Assembly (NCBI GenBank): GCA_040757175.1
Contig: JBFLXM010000004.1
Coordinates: 15,023 to 79,022 of the forward strand
DNA length: 64,000 bases
DNA from: Thermodesulfobacteriota bacterium
GTDB lineage: Bacteria; Desulfobacterota; Desulfobaccia; Desulfobaccales; 0-14-0-80-60-11
Direction of reading: 5' to 3'
Shown: positions 46,959-55,709 of the stretch, one piece after another
Position numbering within the stretch: the first letter of the stretch is position 1
Layout of the letters: each line of letters opens with the position of its first letter
The notes under the pieces: model-generated
What the model was told of the DNA's origin: nothing
The model's input: the letters and a program-made list of their open reading frames with translations, nothing else
Database searches by the model: none
Program-made: the position numbers and the translations under genes

Positions 46959-47318
46959 ATGGATGATTTTCCGGATTTCATGAAAAATCCGCTTAATAGA
47001 ATTGCCAGCAAGTCCCAATATACTGAAAATATTGAGGGATATGTCTTCGATGGTGCGGACAGCAGTCAAGTCGCTTTCTGGAAATGCCCGAAAGATAGGC
47101 TTTCGCAACCGCATACCCATGAATATGATGAATACTTGATAGTGGTGCAGGGAAATTTCACCTTGATCATCGACAACCAGAGAATTTCCCTTTGTGCCGG
47201 GCAGGAATATCATATTCTCAAAGGAGTAACTCACGCCGGTGAGGTCACCGCGGGGACCAGGACCATTCATTTTTTTGGCGGCAAGAGGGTAACAAGGGAG
47301 AACTTCATTAAAATATGA
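46959..47318 (+). CDS. Cupin-domain protein
   Basis: It is ~119 aa with HTHEYDEYLIVVQG...GVTHAG (cupin motifs 1 and 2). Confidence 0.6.
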   Translation: MDDFPDFMKNPLNRIASKSQYTENIEGYVFDGADSSQVAFWKCPKDRLSQPHTHEYDEYLIVVQGNFTLIIDNQRISLCAGQEYHILKGVTHAGEVTAGTRTIHFFGGKRVTRENFIKI

Positions 47319-47779
47319 CCCAGCAGTCTTCCAAACTCAGTCACCAAGCCCGTATCGTCGCGGTCTCCGTCAGCGACCGCAAAGGCGTGGTCAAACACAA
47401 TGTGGACCAGGCCCGGCTGGTGGTGGACCACGGCCTGGAAGGGGACGCCCACGCCGAGGGCGGCCACCGCCAGGTGAGCCTCCTGGCCCGGGAAAGCATC
47501 GACAAGATGCGGGCTGCCGGGGCCCAGGTCAATCCCGGGGATTTCGCGGAAAACCTCACCACCCTAGGGCTGGACGTCTGTGGCCTGCCCGTGGGCACCC
47601 GCCTCAAAGTGGGGCCGGAAGTGGAACTGGAGATCACCCAGGTCGGCAAGGCCTGCCATAAAGGATGCGCCATCCGGGAGCTGGTGGGGGACTGCATCAT
47701 GCCCCGGGAGGGGGTCTTTGCCCGGGTGCTGCAGGCAGGCATGGTTAAGCCCGGAGATGCGATTGAAGTTGTGGGCTGA
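47315..47779 (+). CDS. MOSC-domain protein
   Basis: It has GLEGDAHAEGGHRQVSLL, and its ATGA overlaps the cupin gene. Confidence 0.75.
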   Translation: MTQQSSKLSHQARIVAVSVSDRKGVVKHNVDQARLVVDHGLEGDAHAEGGHRQVSLLARESIDKMRAAGAQVNPGDFAENLTTLGLDVCGLPVGTRLKVGPEVELEITQVGKACHKGCAIRELVGDCIMPREGVFARVLQAGMVKPGDAIEVVG

Positions 47780-47784
47780 CCTTT

Positions 47785-47816
47785 AAAAAATAAAAAAAAG
47801 CGGCCCGGAGGCCGCT
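47785..47816 (-). terminator. Rho-independent terminator of the GYD gene
   Basis: The reverse strand reads GCGGCC-TCCG-GGCCGC followed by TTTTTTTTATTTTTT. Confidence 0.65.
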
Positions 47817-47856
47817 GCAGCAAAGACTAATTTAATCAGATTCGCAACCTATTTAT

Positions 47857-48141
47857 TTAGGTGAAGATTTTCATGGCCTCAGCTTCGCTGAAGGCCTGGA
47901 GAGTTTCTGTCTTGCCGCCGTATTTGGCACTTAAAGTGATCACGATTTTGGCTATAGTTTCCGGATTCGGGGCCTCCAGGATGCACATTTCATCGTATTG
48001 CCCCATCAACATATACCAGCCTTTGATTTCCGCGCCCAGGTCCTTAATAGTTTTTTTAACTTCCGCGGTTACCGCGGCCACATCCTTCATGGCTGCAAAA
48101 CTTTTATCAGTCCATTTCGCCAATACCACAAAAGTCGCCAT
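47857..48141 (-). CDS. GYD-domain protein
   Basis: It is 94 aa and has MGQYDEMCILEAPN. The RBS is GGGAGG. Confidence 0.7.
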   Translation of the reverse strand: MATFVVLAKWTDKSFAAMKDVAAVTAEVKKTIKDLGAEIKGWYMLMGQYDEMCILEAPNPETIAKIVITLSAKYGGKTETLQAFSEAEAMKIFT

Positions 48142-48243
48142 GTTTCTACCTCCCTTTCCCTAAGATTTTGGCCCTCAAGCACGATAAGGGCTCAATAATT
48201 GGGTTGGTTTGATGAAAATGCGGCACCTTTGCCAGACTACTTA

Positions 48244-48342
48244 TACCGTTTTCGGTTTTCGGTTTTCAGTTTTCGGTTAAAAGATTGCTAATTATCAATA
48301 AGTTATCCATATGATTTGTTGCAGTAGAAAACGAACTTGGTA
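48244..48342. mobile_element. MITE family B, copy 2 (TSD TTA), 60 nt upstream of mog
   Basis: It reads TACCG(TTTTCGG)n TTAAAAGATTGCTAATTATCAATAAGTTATCCATATGATTTGTTGCAGTAGAAAACGAACTTGGTA. The TTA flanks are at 48241-48243 and 48343-48345. Confidence 0.75.
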
Positions 48343-48401
48343 TTAATTATATTAATAATAAATTGACCTTTCAGCAAGTGCCTCTGAAGGCAGGTGAGAC
48401 C

Positions 48402-48896
48402 ATGAACATCCGGGTGGGCATTCTCACGGTGAGCGACAAGGGCCACGCGGGGGAGCGGGCGGACACTGCGGGCCCGGAACTGGGCCAACTGCTGGACCAG
48501 CAGATATTTCAAGTGGCGGCCACCGGGATGGTCCCGGATGAACACGAGGCCATCGTCGCCCGACTGGTGGAGTGGAGCGACGCGGACCGCCTGGACCTGA
48601 TCCTCACCACCGGGGGCACCGGCCTCACCCCCCGGGATATTACCCCCGAAGCCACGCTCGCGGTGGCCCACCGCCTGGTGCCCGGCATCCCCGAAGCCAT
48701 GCGGGCCGCAGGGCTGCAAAAAACTCCCCACGCCATGCTCTCCCGGGGTGTGGCGGTAACCCGGGGCTGCACCCTGATCATCAACCTCCCCGGCAGCCCC
48801 AAAGGCGCCCGGGAAAGCCTGGAGGCCATCCTCCCCGCCCTGCCCCATGCGTTGGAGAAACTGGGGGGCAGCTCGTCGGAGTGCGCCGTCACTTGA
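48402..48896 (+). CDS. mog: Molybdopterin adenylyltransferase MogA/MoaB family
   Basis: It reads MNIRVGILTVSDKG...LILTTGGTGLTPRDITPEAT. The ATG at 48402 is preceded by AGGTGAG, and the track TTG start is at 48363. Confidence 0.85.
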   Translation: MNIRVGILTVSDKGHAGERADTAGPELGQLLDQQIFQVAATGMVPDEHEAIVARLVEWSDADRLDLILTTGGTGLTPRDITPEATLAVAHRLVPGIPEAMRAAGLQKTPHAMLSRGVAVTRGCTLIINLPGSPKGARESLEAILPALPHALEKLGGSSSECAVT

Positions 48897-48910
48897 GGGG
48901 AGAAACAACT

Positions 48911-49090
48911 CGTTCCCAAGCTGTGCTTGGGAACGCCTCTTTTGGTGGCCAAGCTGAGCTTGGCTTCTAGTTTCGTTCCCAAGTGCAACTTGGGAACGAG
49001 TAAAAATCAGTAATCAGTGATCGGTTTTTTCCCTGGCCCCTGGCCCCTGACCCCTGACCCCTGGCCCCTGACCCCTATCCCCTATCCCCC
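48911..49090. repeat. Cluster of REP-like hairpins followed by heptamer arrays
   Basis: At 48911-48935 and 48974-48998 the sequence is CGTTCCCAAG-N5-CTTGGGAACG. At 48948-48964 it is GCCAAGCTGAGCTTGGC. At 49004-49024 the array is AATCAGT-type. At 49031-49090 the array is CCCCTGG/CCCCTGA/CCCCTAT. Confidence 0.75.
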
Positions 49091-49099
49091 CGCTTCCCT

Positions 49100-49471
49100 T
49101 CAGCCTCCCTCAGGGGGCGGCTCCGCATTCTTGGGTGGAGACTCGCACGCGCCCGCACTGCGGATTCTTTCCCGGATGGCGGCGATGGCCTGGTAGTGTT
49201 TGTCTTTCCCGGCCTTGATGGCCTTGGCCTTTTCCAGGGCGTCCTTCACCCCTTCCGCCAGCATGGGGTTGACTTCCCCCTGTTCCAGGGCCTGGAGCAC
49301 CGCGCCTCCCAGGCGCCGTTGGGCCCGGCGCAGCCTTTGCTGTTGCGCACAAATCAGGATGTACCTCCCCAGGATCAGGACCCGGCGCATAGTGTTTAGC
49401 GCGCATATCTTGGTGCAGCCCCAAACGGTTCTCAAGCTGCCCGCGGCCTTCTTTGTTAAGTCTGAATTCAT
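49100..49471 (-). CDS. Hypothetical protein
   Basis: The ATG at 49471 (MNSDLTKK...) is preceded by AAGAGAGGA, whereas the longer track ORF starts inside a REP hairpin. I recognise no family for it. Confidence 0.35.
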   Translation of the reverse strand: MNSDLTKKAAGSLRTVWGCTKICALNTMRRVLILGRYILICAQQQRLRRAQRRLGGAVLQALEQGEVNPMLAEGVKDALEKAKAIKAGKDKHYQAIAAIRERIRSAGACESPPKNAEPPPEGG

Positions 49472-49547
49472 GGGGTGTCCTCTCTTAACCTCCGAAGGCG
49501 GGATGCGCTTCGCTTTCCCGCCCTGCACCACCGTGCTTCTCAGCATA

Positions 49548-49578
49548 CTAAAAACTAAAAACTGAAAACTAAAAACTG
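49548..49578. repeat. Heptanucleotide array (AAAACTA/AAAACTG)
   Basis: It reads CTAAAAACTAAAAACTGAAAACTAAAAACTG and ends 4 nt before the stop of 49582..50022. Confidence 0.75.
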
Positions 49579-49581
49579 CCT

Positions 49582-50022
49582 TTAAGCCAGCTTAGCCAGC
49601 ACCCTGGCCATGATCCCCGGCAGGTGGCTGCCGGGCCAAAAGATCTGGCGGCACTGGGGGCATTGGTGAAACTGCTCCTGGGTATGAAAGACATGTTCGG
49701 GCACCAGCCCCAGGACCTGGTCCCTGGGGAGGGAAACCAATTTTTCGTTGCATTGGCCGCAGCGGCTGAGAAACCTGAGGTGGCCCCGGGTAATCCCCAG
49801 GCGGCGTATTACTTCCTGCAGCTGGGTCTCGGGGTGGGAAGCGGTGAGAATCAGAAGATCGCGCCGGGGCCCCCGGGCCAGGGACTGTTGCCGGGTCAGG
49901 AGATGGACGCCGGGAACCGCGGCCGGCAAATTTGGGGAGAAACGCTGCACCGTAGTGTCGAAGCCGCAGAATCGCAGCCATTTGGCCAAGCCCGCCAGGG
50001 GCAGGTCCACGATAAACTTCAT
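49582..50022 (-). CDS. Mut7-C (DUF82) PIN-like RNase domain protein with C-terminal zinc ribbon
   Basis: It reads MKFIVDLPLAGLAKWLRFCGFDT ... CGQCN...CPQC. Confidence 0.75.
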   Translation of the reverse strand: MKFIVDLPLAGLAKWLRFCGFDTTVQRFSPNLPAAVPGVHLLTRQQSLARGPRRDLLILTASHPETQLQEVIRRLGITRGHLRFLSRCGQCNEKLVSLPRDQVLGLVPEHVFHTQEQFHQCPQCRQIFWPGSHLPGIMARVLAKLA

Positions 50023-50043
50023 GGCCTTGCCTTAATTTGAAAA

Positions 50044-50079
50044 GTTCAAGGTTCAAAGTTCAAAGTTCAAAGTTCAAAG
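50044..50079. repeat. Heptanucleotide array (GTTCAAA x5)
   Basis: The units are GTTCAAG GTTCAAA GTTCAAA GTTCAAA GTTCAAA. A short relative lies at 60312-60330. Confidence 0.8.
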
Positions 50080-50143
50080 CTGAGACCATGATTTCTGATA
50101 AACTTTTCGTAACTTATGGGGAAGCCGAAGTCTCAGGTGCAAC

Positions 50144-50172
50144 TGCTCACTGCTTACTGCTCACTGCTTACT
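50144..50172. repeat. Heptanucleotide array (CTCACTG/CTTACTG) overlapping the stop of 50168..50950
   Basis: It reads CTGCTCACTGCTTACTGCTCACTGCTTAC, the reverse complement of the 40866 array. Confidence 0.8.
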
Positions 50173-50950
50173 TCAAGGGCTCTTCCACCACTGCCGGAGA
50201 CTTGGGCAGGGCCAGATCCCCATCCAGGAGGAGGGGGTTGACCAGCATTTCTCTATAGGCCAGGCGCAGTTCCCCCTTCGGCTGCAAGGTCTTCACCGTC
50301 ACCTGGCCGGGAAGGCCGGGGGCTGTCTGCCCGTAGTTGGTGAACTCCGCGGCGAAGCGGAGCTGGCCGTCGGGCCCGAACCATTCATCTTTAACCGGCC
50401 GCAGCTCCTGGGCCGCCACCCAGAGGCGCTCTTTGACTGCCCCGTCAGGGTAGCGCCATTCCAACAGATAACCTCCCTGGTCCTCTTCATAGGCCCACCG
50501 GGAGGGTTGGCCCGAACTCAAAGGCAGGTCTCCCACCATCAGGCGCAGCGCCTGTTGGAGGGTCATGGCCGGGGGAATGAAGGCCGCCAGATTGGCGGGG
50601 GTGGCTGCGCCCCGGTAGAGTTTGCCCTCTTTGGGGGAAAGGACCTGGACTTCCCGGCCATTGCTGTAGAAGTAAAGAAGGGAGCGGCCCAGGAAATCCA
50701 GGACGTCCGCCCTGATGGTATCGGGCAGGCGGCCCTTAATCAGGCTGGTGCCGGAATAATTCCGCTGGGGGGAAAGAAAGGTGAGGCGTCCTTTGGCCTC
50801 AAAGGATTGCACCTGGATCTTCCCGGCCTGGAGCCTGGAAACCAGCTCCGCCGCGGAAGAAACGGTTACCGGCGGAGCCGGGGGCGGCAGAGAGCGGCAC
50901 CCCCAGAGGCAGAGAGCCAGCAGCAGCCAGGCCAGGCGCCGTTGCTTCAA
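50168..50950 (-). CDS. Outer-membrane lipoprotein, LolB-like (DUF4292-type)
   Basis: The lipobox is LALCLWGC. The TTG start overlaps the TGA of the upstream TPR gene. The family call is from memory of the TPR + LolB-like pairing. Confidence 0.5.
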   Translation of the reverse strand: MKQRRLAWLLLALCLWGCRSLPPPAPPVTVSSAAELVSRLQAGKIQVQSFEAKGRLTFLSPQRNYSGTSLIKGRLPDTIRADVLDFLGRSLLYFYSNGREVQVLSPKEGKLYRGAATPANLAAFIPPAMTLQQALRLMVGDLPLSSGQPSRWAYEEDQGGYLLEWRYPDGAVKERLWVAAQELRPVKDEWFGPDGQLRFAAEFTNYGQTAPGLPGQVTVKTLQPKGELRLAYREMLVNPLLLDGDLALPKSPAVVEEPLK

Positions 50951-52698
50951 GGGTTTTCCCCTTTGGTCACGGCTTCCAGGTTTTTGATCTTTTTCCGCAA
51001 TTCCTGGATATTGGCGTTTTCCAGGGTCAGGGCGCGGCGGTAGGTGCGCAGGGCATCGGCGCGGCGTTTCTGTTTAAGGTAGGCGTCCCCCAGGTGTTCG
51101 GCCACGGTCCCGTCATGGGGCATGATCTTGGCGGCCCGCTCCAGTTCTTCCACCGCCCGCTCAAACTGGCCCTTCTTATAAAAAACCCACCCCAGGCTGT
51201 CGACGATATGGCCGCTGTCGGGCTTGGCCCGCAGGGCCGACCGGATCAACCTCTCGGCCTCATCCAGATGAATGCCAGCTTCGGCATAGGAATATCCCAG
51301 AAAATTTTGGGCGTCGGCGTTATCCGGGTCCAGTTCCAAAACGACCTTAATATACTTGATACTATTCTCTACATCCTTCTTCTTTTCATAAATCACTGCC
51401 AGGCGGAAATTGATCTCTTCCGAGCGGGGCAGTTTTTCCAATCCTTCCTTGAGCACGCCGATGCCCCGGTCCCAGCGGCGTTCATCTTCAAAAAAATAAG
51501 CCCAGGTTAGATAAATATCCTCCCTATGGGGCGCCGCCTCCTTGAGTTCGGCCAACAGCCGGTAGGCCTGATCTTTTTCCCCCTGCTGGAAATAGAGATA
51601 AGCCAACCGCAGACGCGCGGAGATGAAATTTTCACAGTCCCGGGCCACTAGTTGATATTCCCGGGCTGCGGCCCGCAGATCTCCTTTCTCTTCCAGGGCC
51701 AGGCCCACGTAATAACGGGCCCGTTCCCGGTAGCGGGGATGTTCCATCACCTGGCGGAATTCCCGAATAGCGGCGTCAGCCTGTTTCTGTTCCAGATAAA
51801 TGAGGCCGATATTAAAGACCAAGGCGACCTCGTTTTTGTCCAATTCCTTGGCCTTCTGGAAGGCCTTATGCGCCTCCCCCCGGCGGCCCAGAATCAAGTC
51901 CAGACGGCCGATACTGGTCCAGGCCCGGGCGTTCTTGGGCTGCCGCTTGAGGATGCGGCGGTAAAGGCCCATGGCCCGGGAATATTGCTTTTCCCTTTCC
52001 AGGGCCGTGGCCAGATCGAACATGGCCGGGACAAAATTGGGGTCCATGGTGAGGACCCGGAGCAGTTCTTTTTTGGCTTCCGCCAGTTGATCCATCTCCA
52101 GATAAATGCGCCCCAGGTAATAATAACCCACCAACAAACTGGGCTCCTGGCGCAGCAGTTCCTGAATGGAGCGGACGGCCTTGGAATAGCGCCGCTGCTG
52201 GGCATAAAGGGTAGCCAGAAAGAGGCGGGCCTCCTTGTTCTCGGGGTCCAGCACCAGGATGCGTTCGTATTCCGCGGTGGCCTCCCGGAGCTGATTCAGA
52301 CCCACATGGAGCCCGGCCAGAATGAAATGGGCCTCCTGCTGCTTGGGGTCCAGCTTTAAGGCCTTGTTCACATGCTCCAGGGCCTTCTTCACCTCCCCCA
52401 TACGCTGGAAAAGAGCCGCCAGTTCCGTCTCCATCTGCGCGGATTCGGAGTCGTATTTCAAGGCCTCTTCGTATTCCTTGACCGCACCCGAGGCATCCTC
52501 CGCCAGCAAAAAATGTTGGGCCCGGAGGTAATGGTAGTATGCCTCGCTCCTGGAAGGCTCCACTCCTCCCTCCCCAGGTATTACCCCGGTGCGGAGTCCC
52601 ACCCATTGACACCCCCCTGAGCCCAAGACCACCAATAAGAGCAGGCCCCAAATAATGATGATCCTGGGAGTGAGCCAGGGCCGAAAAATTATCCCCAT
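50947..52698 (-). CDS. Tetratricopeptide-repeat lipoprotein
   Basis: The lipobox is VLGSGGC. There are more than 10 TPR-like 34-aa repeats (A..Y...L..DP....A...LG..Y). Confidence 0.8.
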   Translation of the reverse strand: MGIIFRPWLTPRIIIIWGLLLLVVLGSGGCQWVGLRTGVIPGEGGVEPSRSEAYYHYLRAQHFLLAEDASGAVKEYEEALKYDSESAQMETELAALFQRMGEVKKALEHVNKALKLDPKQQEAHFILAGLHVGLNQLREATAEYERILVLDPENKEARLFLATLYAQQRRYSKAVRSIQELLRQEPSLLVGYYYLGRIYLEMDQLAEAKKELLRVLTMDPNFVPAMFDLATALEREKQYSRAMGLYRRILKRQPKNARAWTSIGRLDLILGRRGEAHKAFQKAKELDKNEVALVFNIGLIYLEQKQADAAIREFRQVMEHPRYRERARYYVGLALEEKGDLRAAAREYQLVARDCENFISARLRLAYLYFQQGEKDQAYRLLAELKEAAPHREDIYLTWAYFFEDERRWDRGIGVLKEGLEKLPRSEEINFRLAVIYEKKKDVENSIKYIKVVLELDPDNADAQNFLGYSYAEAGIHLDEAERLIRSALRAKPDSGHIVDSLGWVFYKKGQFERAVEELERAAKIMPHDGTVAEHLGDAYLKQKRRADALRTYRRALTLENANIQELRKKIKNLEAVTKGENP

Positions 52699-52804
52699 CA
52701 GCTAATGCTTCCTCTCGTTTCTACGCCCCACTAAATAATAATGGTTCATTAATTTGGATATAAATTGGGTATCAATACCGGCCCCGGCGCCGGTTTTCTC
52801 CGGG

Positions 52805-53800
52805 CTAATCACTCATGGGGGTCTGATAATCCTCCCAATCCGGGATTTCGCTCTTCAGAAAGTGTCGCAATTTTTTGATCATCCGGTCCTCGATCTGGCG
52901 CACCCTTTCCCTGGAGATCTGATGTCGGGCCCCGATTTCCTGCAAGGTCAGGGGATGTTCCGCCAGCAGCCGCAGGTTTAAAATGTCCAGCTCCTTCTCA
53001 TTCAGATCTTTTTTAAACTCTTCCAGTTTGCGGCGGAAGAGATCCTTTAATTCCCTTTCGGCCAGGGCCTCTTCCACCTGGGGCTCCGTGGCCGGCAGGA
53101 AATTCTTATGGTACTCGTCCGACCCCTCTTTTAAAGGCGCGTCCAGAGATAGTTCCCAACCGCCCAGGCGTTGGTCCATCTCAATGACTTCCTCTTCCCG
53201 CACCTGCAGATTCTCCGCCAACAGCTTGGGGCCCGGCTCGAAGCCCAGAGCCCGGAGTTTCTCCTTCTCCCTTCTCAAGTTGTAGAAAAGTTTTCGCTGG
53301 GACTGGGTGGTGCCGATCTTCACCAGCTTCCAGTTGTCCATGATGAACTTGAGAATATAGGCTTTAATCCAAAACGAGGCGTAATAAGAGAGCTTAATGC
53401 CCCGGTACGGATCGAACTTCTTGATGGCGTGCATCAGGCCGATATTGCCCTCCTGGATCAGGTCCAAGAGGTTTTTCATCCAGAACTTTTGAAATTCCAG
53501 GGCGATTTTGATGACCAGTCGCAGGTTGCTGGTAATCAGCTTATAGCCCGTCTCCCGGTCCTTGGTTTCATGGTAATGGAGGGTCAGTTCTTTCTCTTGT
53601 TCCGGGGTAAGCAGGGCGTAGCGGTTGGCCTCCCGGATGTAGCGTTGCAGGAGGTCCAGTTCCACCGGCACCGGCAGGGCGGCTTTTTCCGGGGCCTCCT
53701 CCAGGGCTTCCTCGTGGACCTCTGCCAACTCCGGCTCCAGGATTTCCGGCAATTCCCTGTTGTAGTCGTCTTTTTGGTCCACCTCAAACTGGTCGTTCAC
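52805..53800 (-). CDS. rpoH: RNA polymerase sigma-70 family factor, RpoH-like (sigma-32) with acidic N-terminal extension
   Basis: Region 2 is LIQEGNIGLMHAIKKFDPYRGIKLSYYASFWIKAYI. The RpoH-box-like segment is QSQRKLFYNLRREK. Region 4 is ISRERVRQIEDR. Confidence 0.75.
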   Translation of the reverse strand: MNDQFEVDQKDDYNRELPEILEPELAEVHEEALEEAPEKAALPVPVELDLLQRYIREANRYALLTPEQEKELTLHYHETKDRETGYKLITSNLRLVIKIALEFQKFWMKNLLDLIQEGNIGLMHAIKKFDPYRGIKLSYYASFWIKAYILKFIMDNWKLVKIGTTQSQRKLFYNLRREKEKLRALGFEPGPKLLAENLQVREEEVIEMDQRLGGWELSLDAPLKEGSDEYHKNFLPATEPQVEEALAERELKDLFRRKLEEFKKDLNEKELDILNLRLLAEHPLTLQEIGARHQISRERVRQIEDRMIKKLRHFLKSEIPDWEDYQTPMSD

Positions 53801-53829
53801 TGAGACCTTCCTGGTTGCAGGTTGCCGGT

Positions 53830-54609
53830 TTACCAGAGGAGGCGCACGGGAATGCCCCGCTGGTGCAGATAGTCCTTGATCTCCTGGATGCTATAGGTGC
53901 CGTAGTGGACCATGGAGGCGATGAGCGCGGCGTCGGCCCGGCCTCCGGTCAGCACCTCCGCCAGATGCTCCGGCGTGCCCGCGCCCCCGGAGGCGATGAC
54001 CGGGATGGAGACTGCTTCGGAAATCATCCGGGTCAGGGTCAATTCGTAGCCTGCCTGGGTGCCGTCCGCGTCAATGGAATTGAGGCAGATCTCCCCTGCC
54101 CCCAGCCGTTCCGCTTCCCTTGCCCACCAGAGCGCGTCGATGCCCATAGGGGTGCGGCCCCCGTGGATCACCATCTCGTAGCCCGAAGGGATGGCCTCCG
54201 AGGACTCCACTTTCTTTACGTCCATCCCCAAGACGATGCACTGGCTGCCGAAATCTTTGGCCCCCGCGGCGATGAGATTGGGCTCCAACACCGCCGCGGT
54301 ATTGACGCTGACCTTTTCCGCGCCGGCCAGGAGCACGGCCCGCATATCCTGAAGATTGCGGATGCCGCCGCCCACGGAGAAAGGAATGAGAATGGCTGCG
54401 GCCACCCGCCGCACCACCTCGATCATGATGTCCCGGCGGTCGCTGGACGCGGTGATGTCGTAAAACACCAGTTCATCGGCTCCGGCTTCGTAGTAATGCC
54501 GGGCCATGGCCACCGGGTCCCCAATATCCACATTATTTTGAAATTTGATACCCTTGGTGGTGCGGCCGTCCCTGACGTCCAGGCAGGGGATGATGCGCTT
54601 ACTCAGCAT
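53830..54609 (-). CDS. hisF: Imidazole glycerol phosphate synthase cyclase subunit HisF
   Basis: It reads [20 protein letters not shown]... The ATG at 54609 is preferred over 54618. Confidence 0.95.
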   Translation of the reverse strand: MLSKRIIPCLDVRDGRTTKGIKFQNNVDIGDPVAMARHYYEAGADELVFYDITASSDRRDIMIEVVRRVAAAILIPFSVGGGIRNLQDMRAVLLAGAEKVSVNTAAVLEPNLIAAGAKDFGSQCIVLGMDVKKVESSEAIPSGYEMVIHGGRTPMGIDALWWAREAERLGAGEICLNSIDADGTQAGYELTLTRMISEAVSIPVIASGGAGTPEHLAEVLTGGRADAALIASMVHYGTYSIQEIKDYLHQRGIPVRLLW

Positions 54610-55222
54610 AAGAACCATCCCAGGCCAGGAAATTTTCCAGGAGCTGCAACCCGAAACGGCCGCTTTTTTCCGGGTGAAACTGGGTGGCCACCAGGTTCCG
54701 CCACCCCATGACGCTGGGAAAAGTGACGCCGTGCTCCGTGACCCCCAGGATCATGTTTTCCTGGGCCGGAGAAGGATAATAACTATGCACAAAATAATAT
54801 TCGGCGCTCTCCGGCAGCCCCTTAAATATGGGGTGGCCCCGGAGAAACCGCACCTGGTTCCAGCCCATGTGGGGAATCTTCAAACCCGGTCGGCGGGGCA
54901 GGGCCCGGGTGCGCCCGGGAAGCAGCCCCAGGCAGCGGGTGTTATCATTTTCGTCGCTGTATTCCAGGACCACCTGGGCCCCCAGGCAGATCCCCAAGAT
55001 GGGTACTCCCTTGTCAAAGACCGTTTTGAGAGCCTGGTCCAGCTTCAATTCCTTAAGGATGGCCATGGCTTTGCCCGCCGCGCCCACCCCGGGGAAGACG
55101 ACGCGCGCGGCCCGGGCCACCACCGCCGGGTCCTGAGTCACCTCTCCGGCCGCGCCCAATACCTTCAAAGAGCGCACCACGCTGGTGAGGTTCCCGGCCC
55201 GATAATCTATGATCACCACCAT
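54599..55222 (-). CDS. hisH: Imidazole glycerol phosphate synthase glutamine amidotransferase subunit HisH
   Basis: It reads [15 protein letters not shown]...GICLGAQ...HSY...FHPEKS. Confidence 0.95.
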   Translation of the reverse strand: MVVIIDYRAGNLTSVVRSLKVLGAAGEVTQDPAVVARAARVVFPGVGAAGKAMAILKELKLDQALKTVFDKGVPILGICLGAQVVLEYSDENDNTRCLGLLPGRTRALPRRPGLKIPHMGWNQVRFLRGHPIFKGLPESAEYYFVHSYYPSPAQENMILGVTEHGVTFPSVMGWRNLVATQFHPEKSGRFGLQLLENFLAWDGSYAE

Positions 55223-55432
55223 GAAGGGTCTTACTTTCCCAATAAATTCCTAACCTAGTGAATCTATCAATCCCACGGCCTTACGTCAATATAATCCCTG
55301 GAAAAATGGGGGAGGGGAAGGGGAGTTATAAGGACTGATATTTTTTACTTATTTCCGACACGCGATAATAGTTGCCATATCTGCCGCGTCTCCTTATTTT
55401 TAGATCATTCCGGTTGCTCAAAGGAACCCGCC

Positions 55433-55636
55433 ATGTCCGCGCCTTTTCAAAATGAGCCCTTAAGGGATTTCGCCGACCCGAAGCGGACCACAGCCTGCAT
55501 CCCGGAGGGGGTGATCAATTTCCTGCCGGGAACCTGTACCTCCACCGCAAAATCACCGGCGCCCGGGGTGGGGGCCCAGCCTGGCGGAGGCTTCAAGATG
55601 CCGGGGGCCAACCCCCAGGCCGGGGGTCCGGACTAG
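55433..55636 (+). pseudogene. Possible internally deleted aldehyde-dehydrogenase-family remnant
   Basis: FQNEPLRDFADP resembles the N-terminus of P5C-dehydrogenase-type ALDHs and is fused directly to IPEGVINFLPG, the ALDH P.GV.N...G motif. The remainder is unrelated. Confidence 0.3.
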
Positions 55637-55709
55637 GCGCGGCGGTTTATGAAGATGGAGATGGCGGCGGAGAAGATCTGATATTTCCCCATAACGAGAG
55701 GAAGTCAAG

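Noticed and set aside
46701-47270. A 189-aa minus-strand ORF overlapping the cupin gene.
   Set aside because: It runs antisense to a cupin ORF that has recognisable motifs and translational coupling to the MOSC gene, and it extends into REP hairpins.
49100-49546. The longer 148-aa version of the hypothetical gene.
   Set aside because: The extra N-terminal 25 codons are encoded by a GTAG-type REP hairpin (49497-49526). The internal ATG at 49471 has a good RBS, so the shorter form was annotated, and even that has low confidence.
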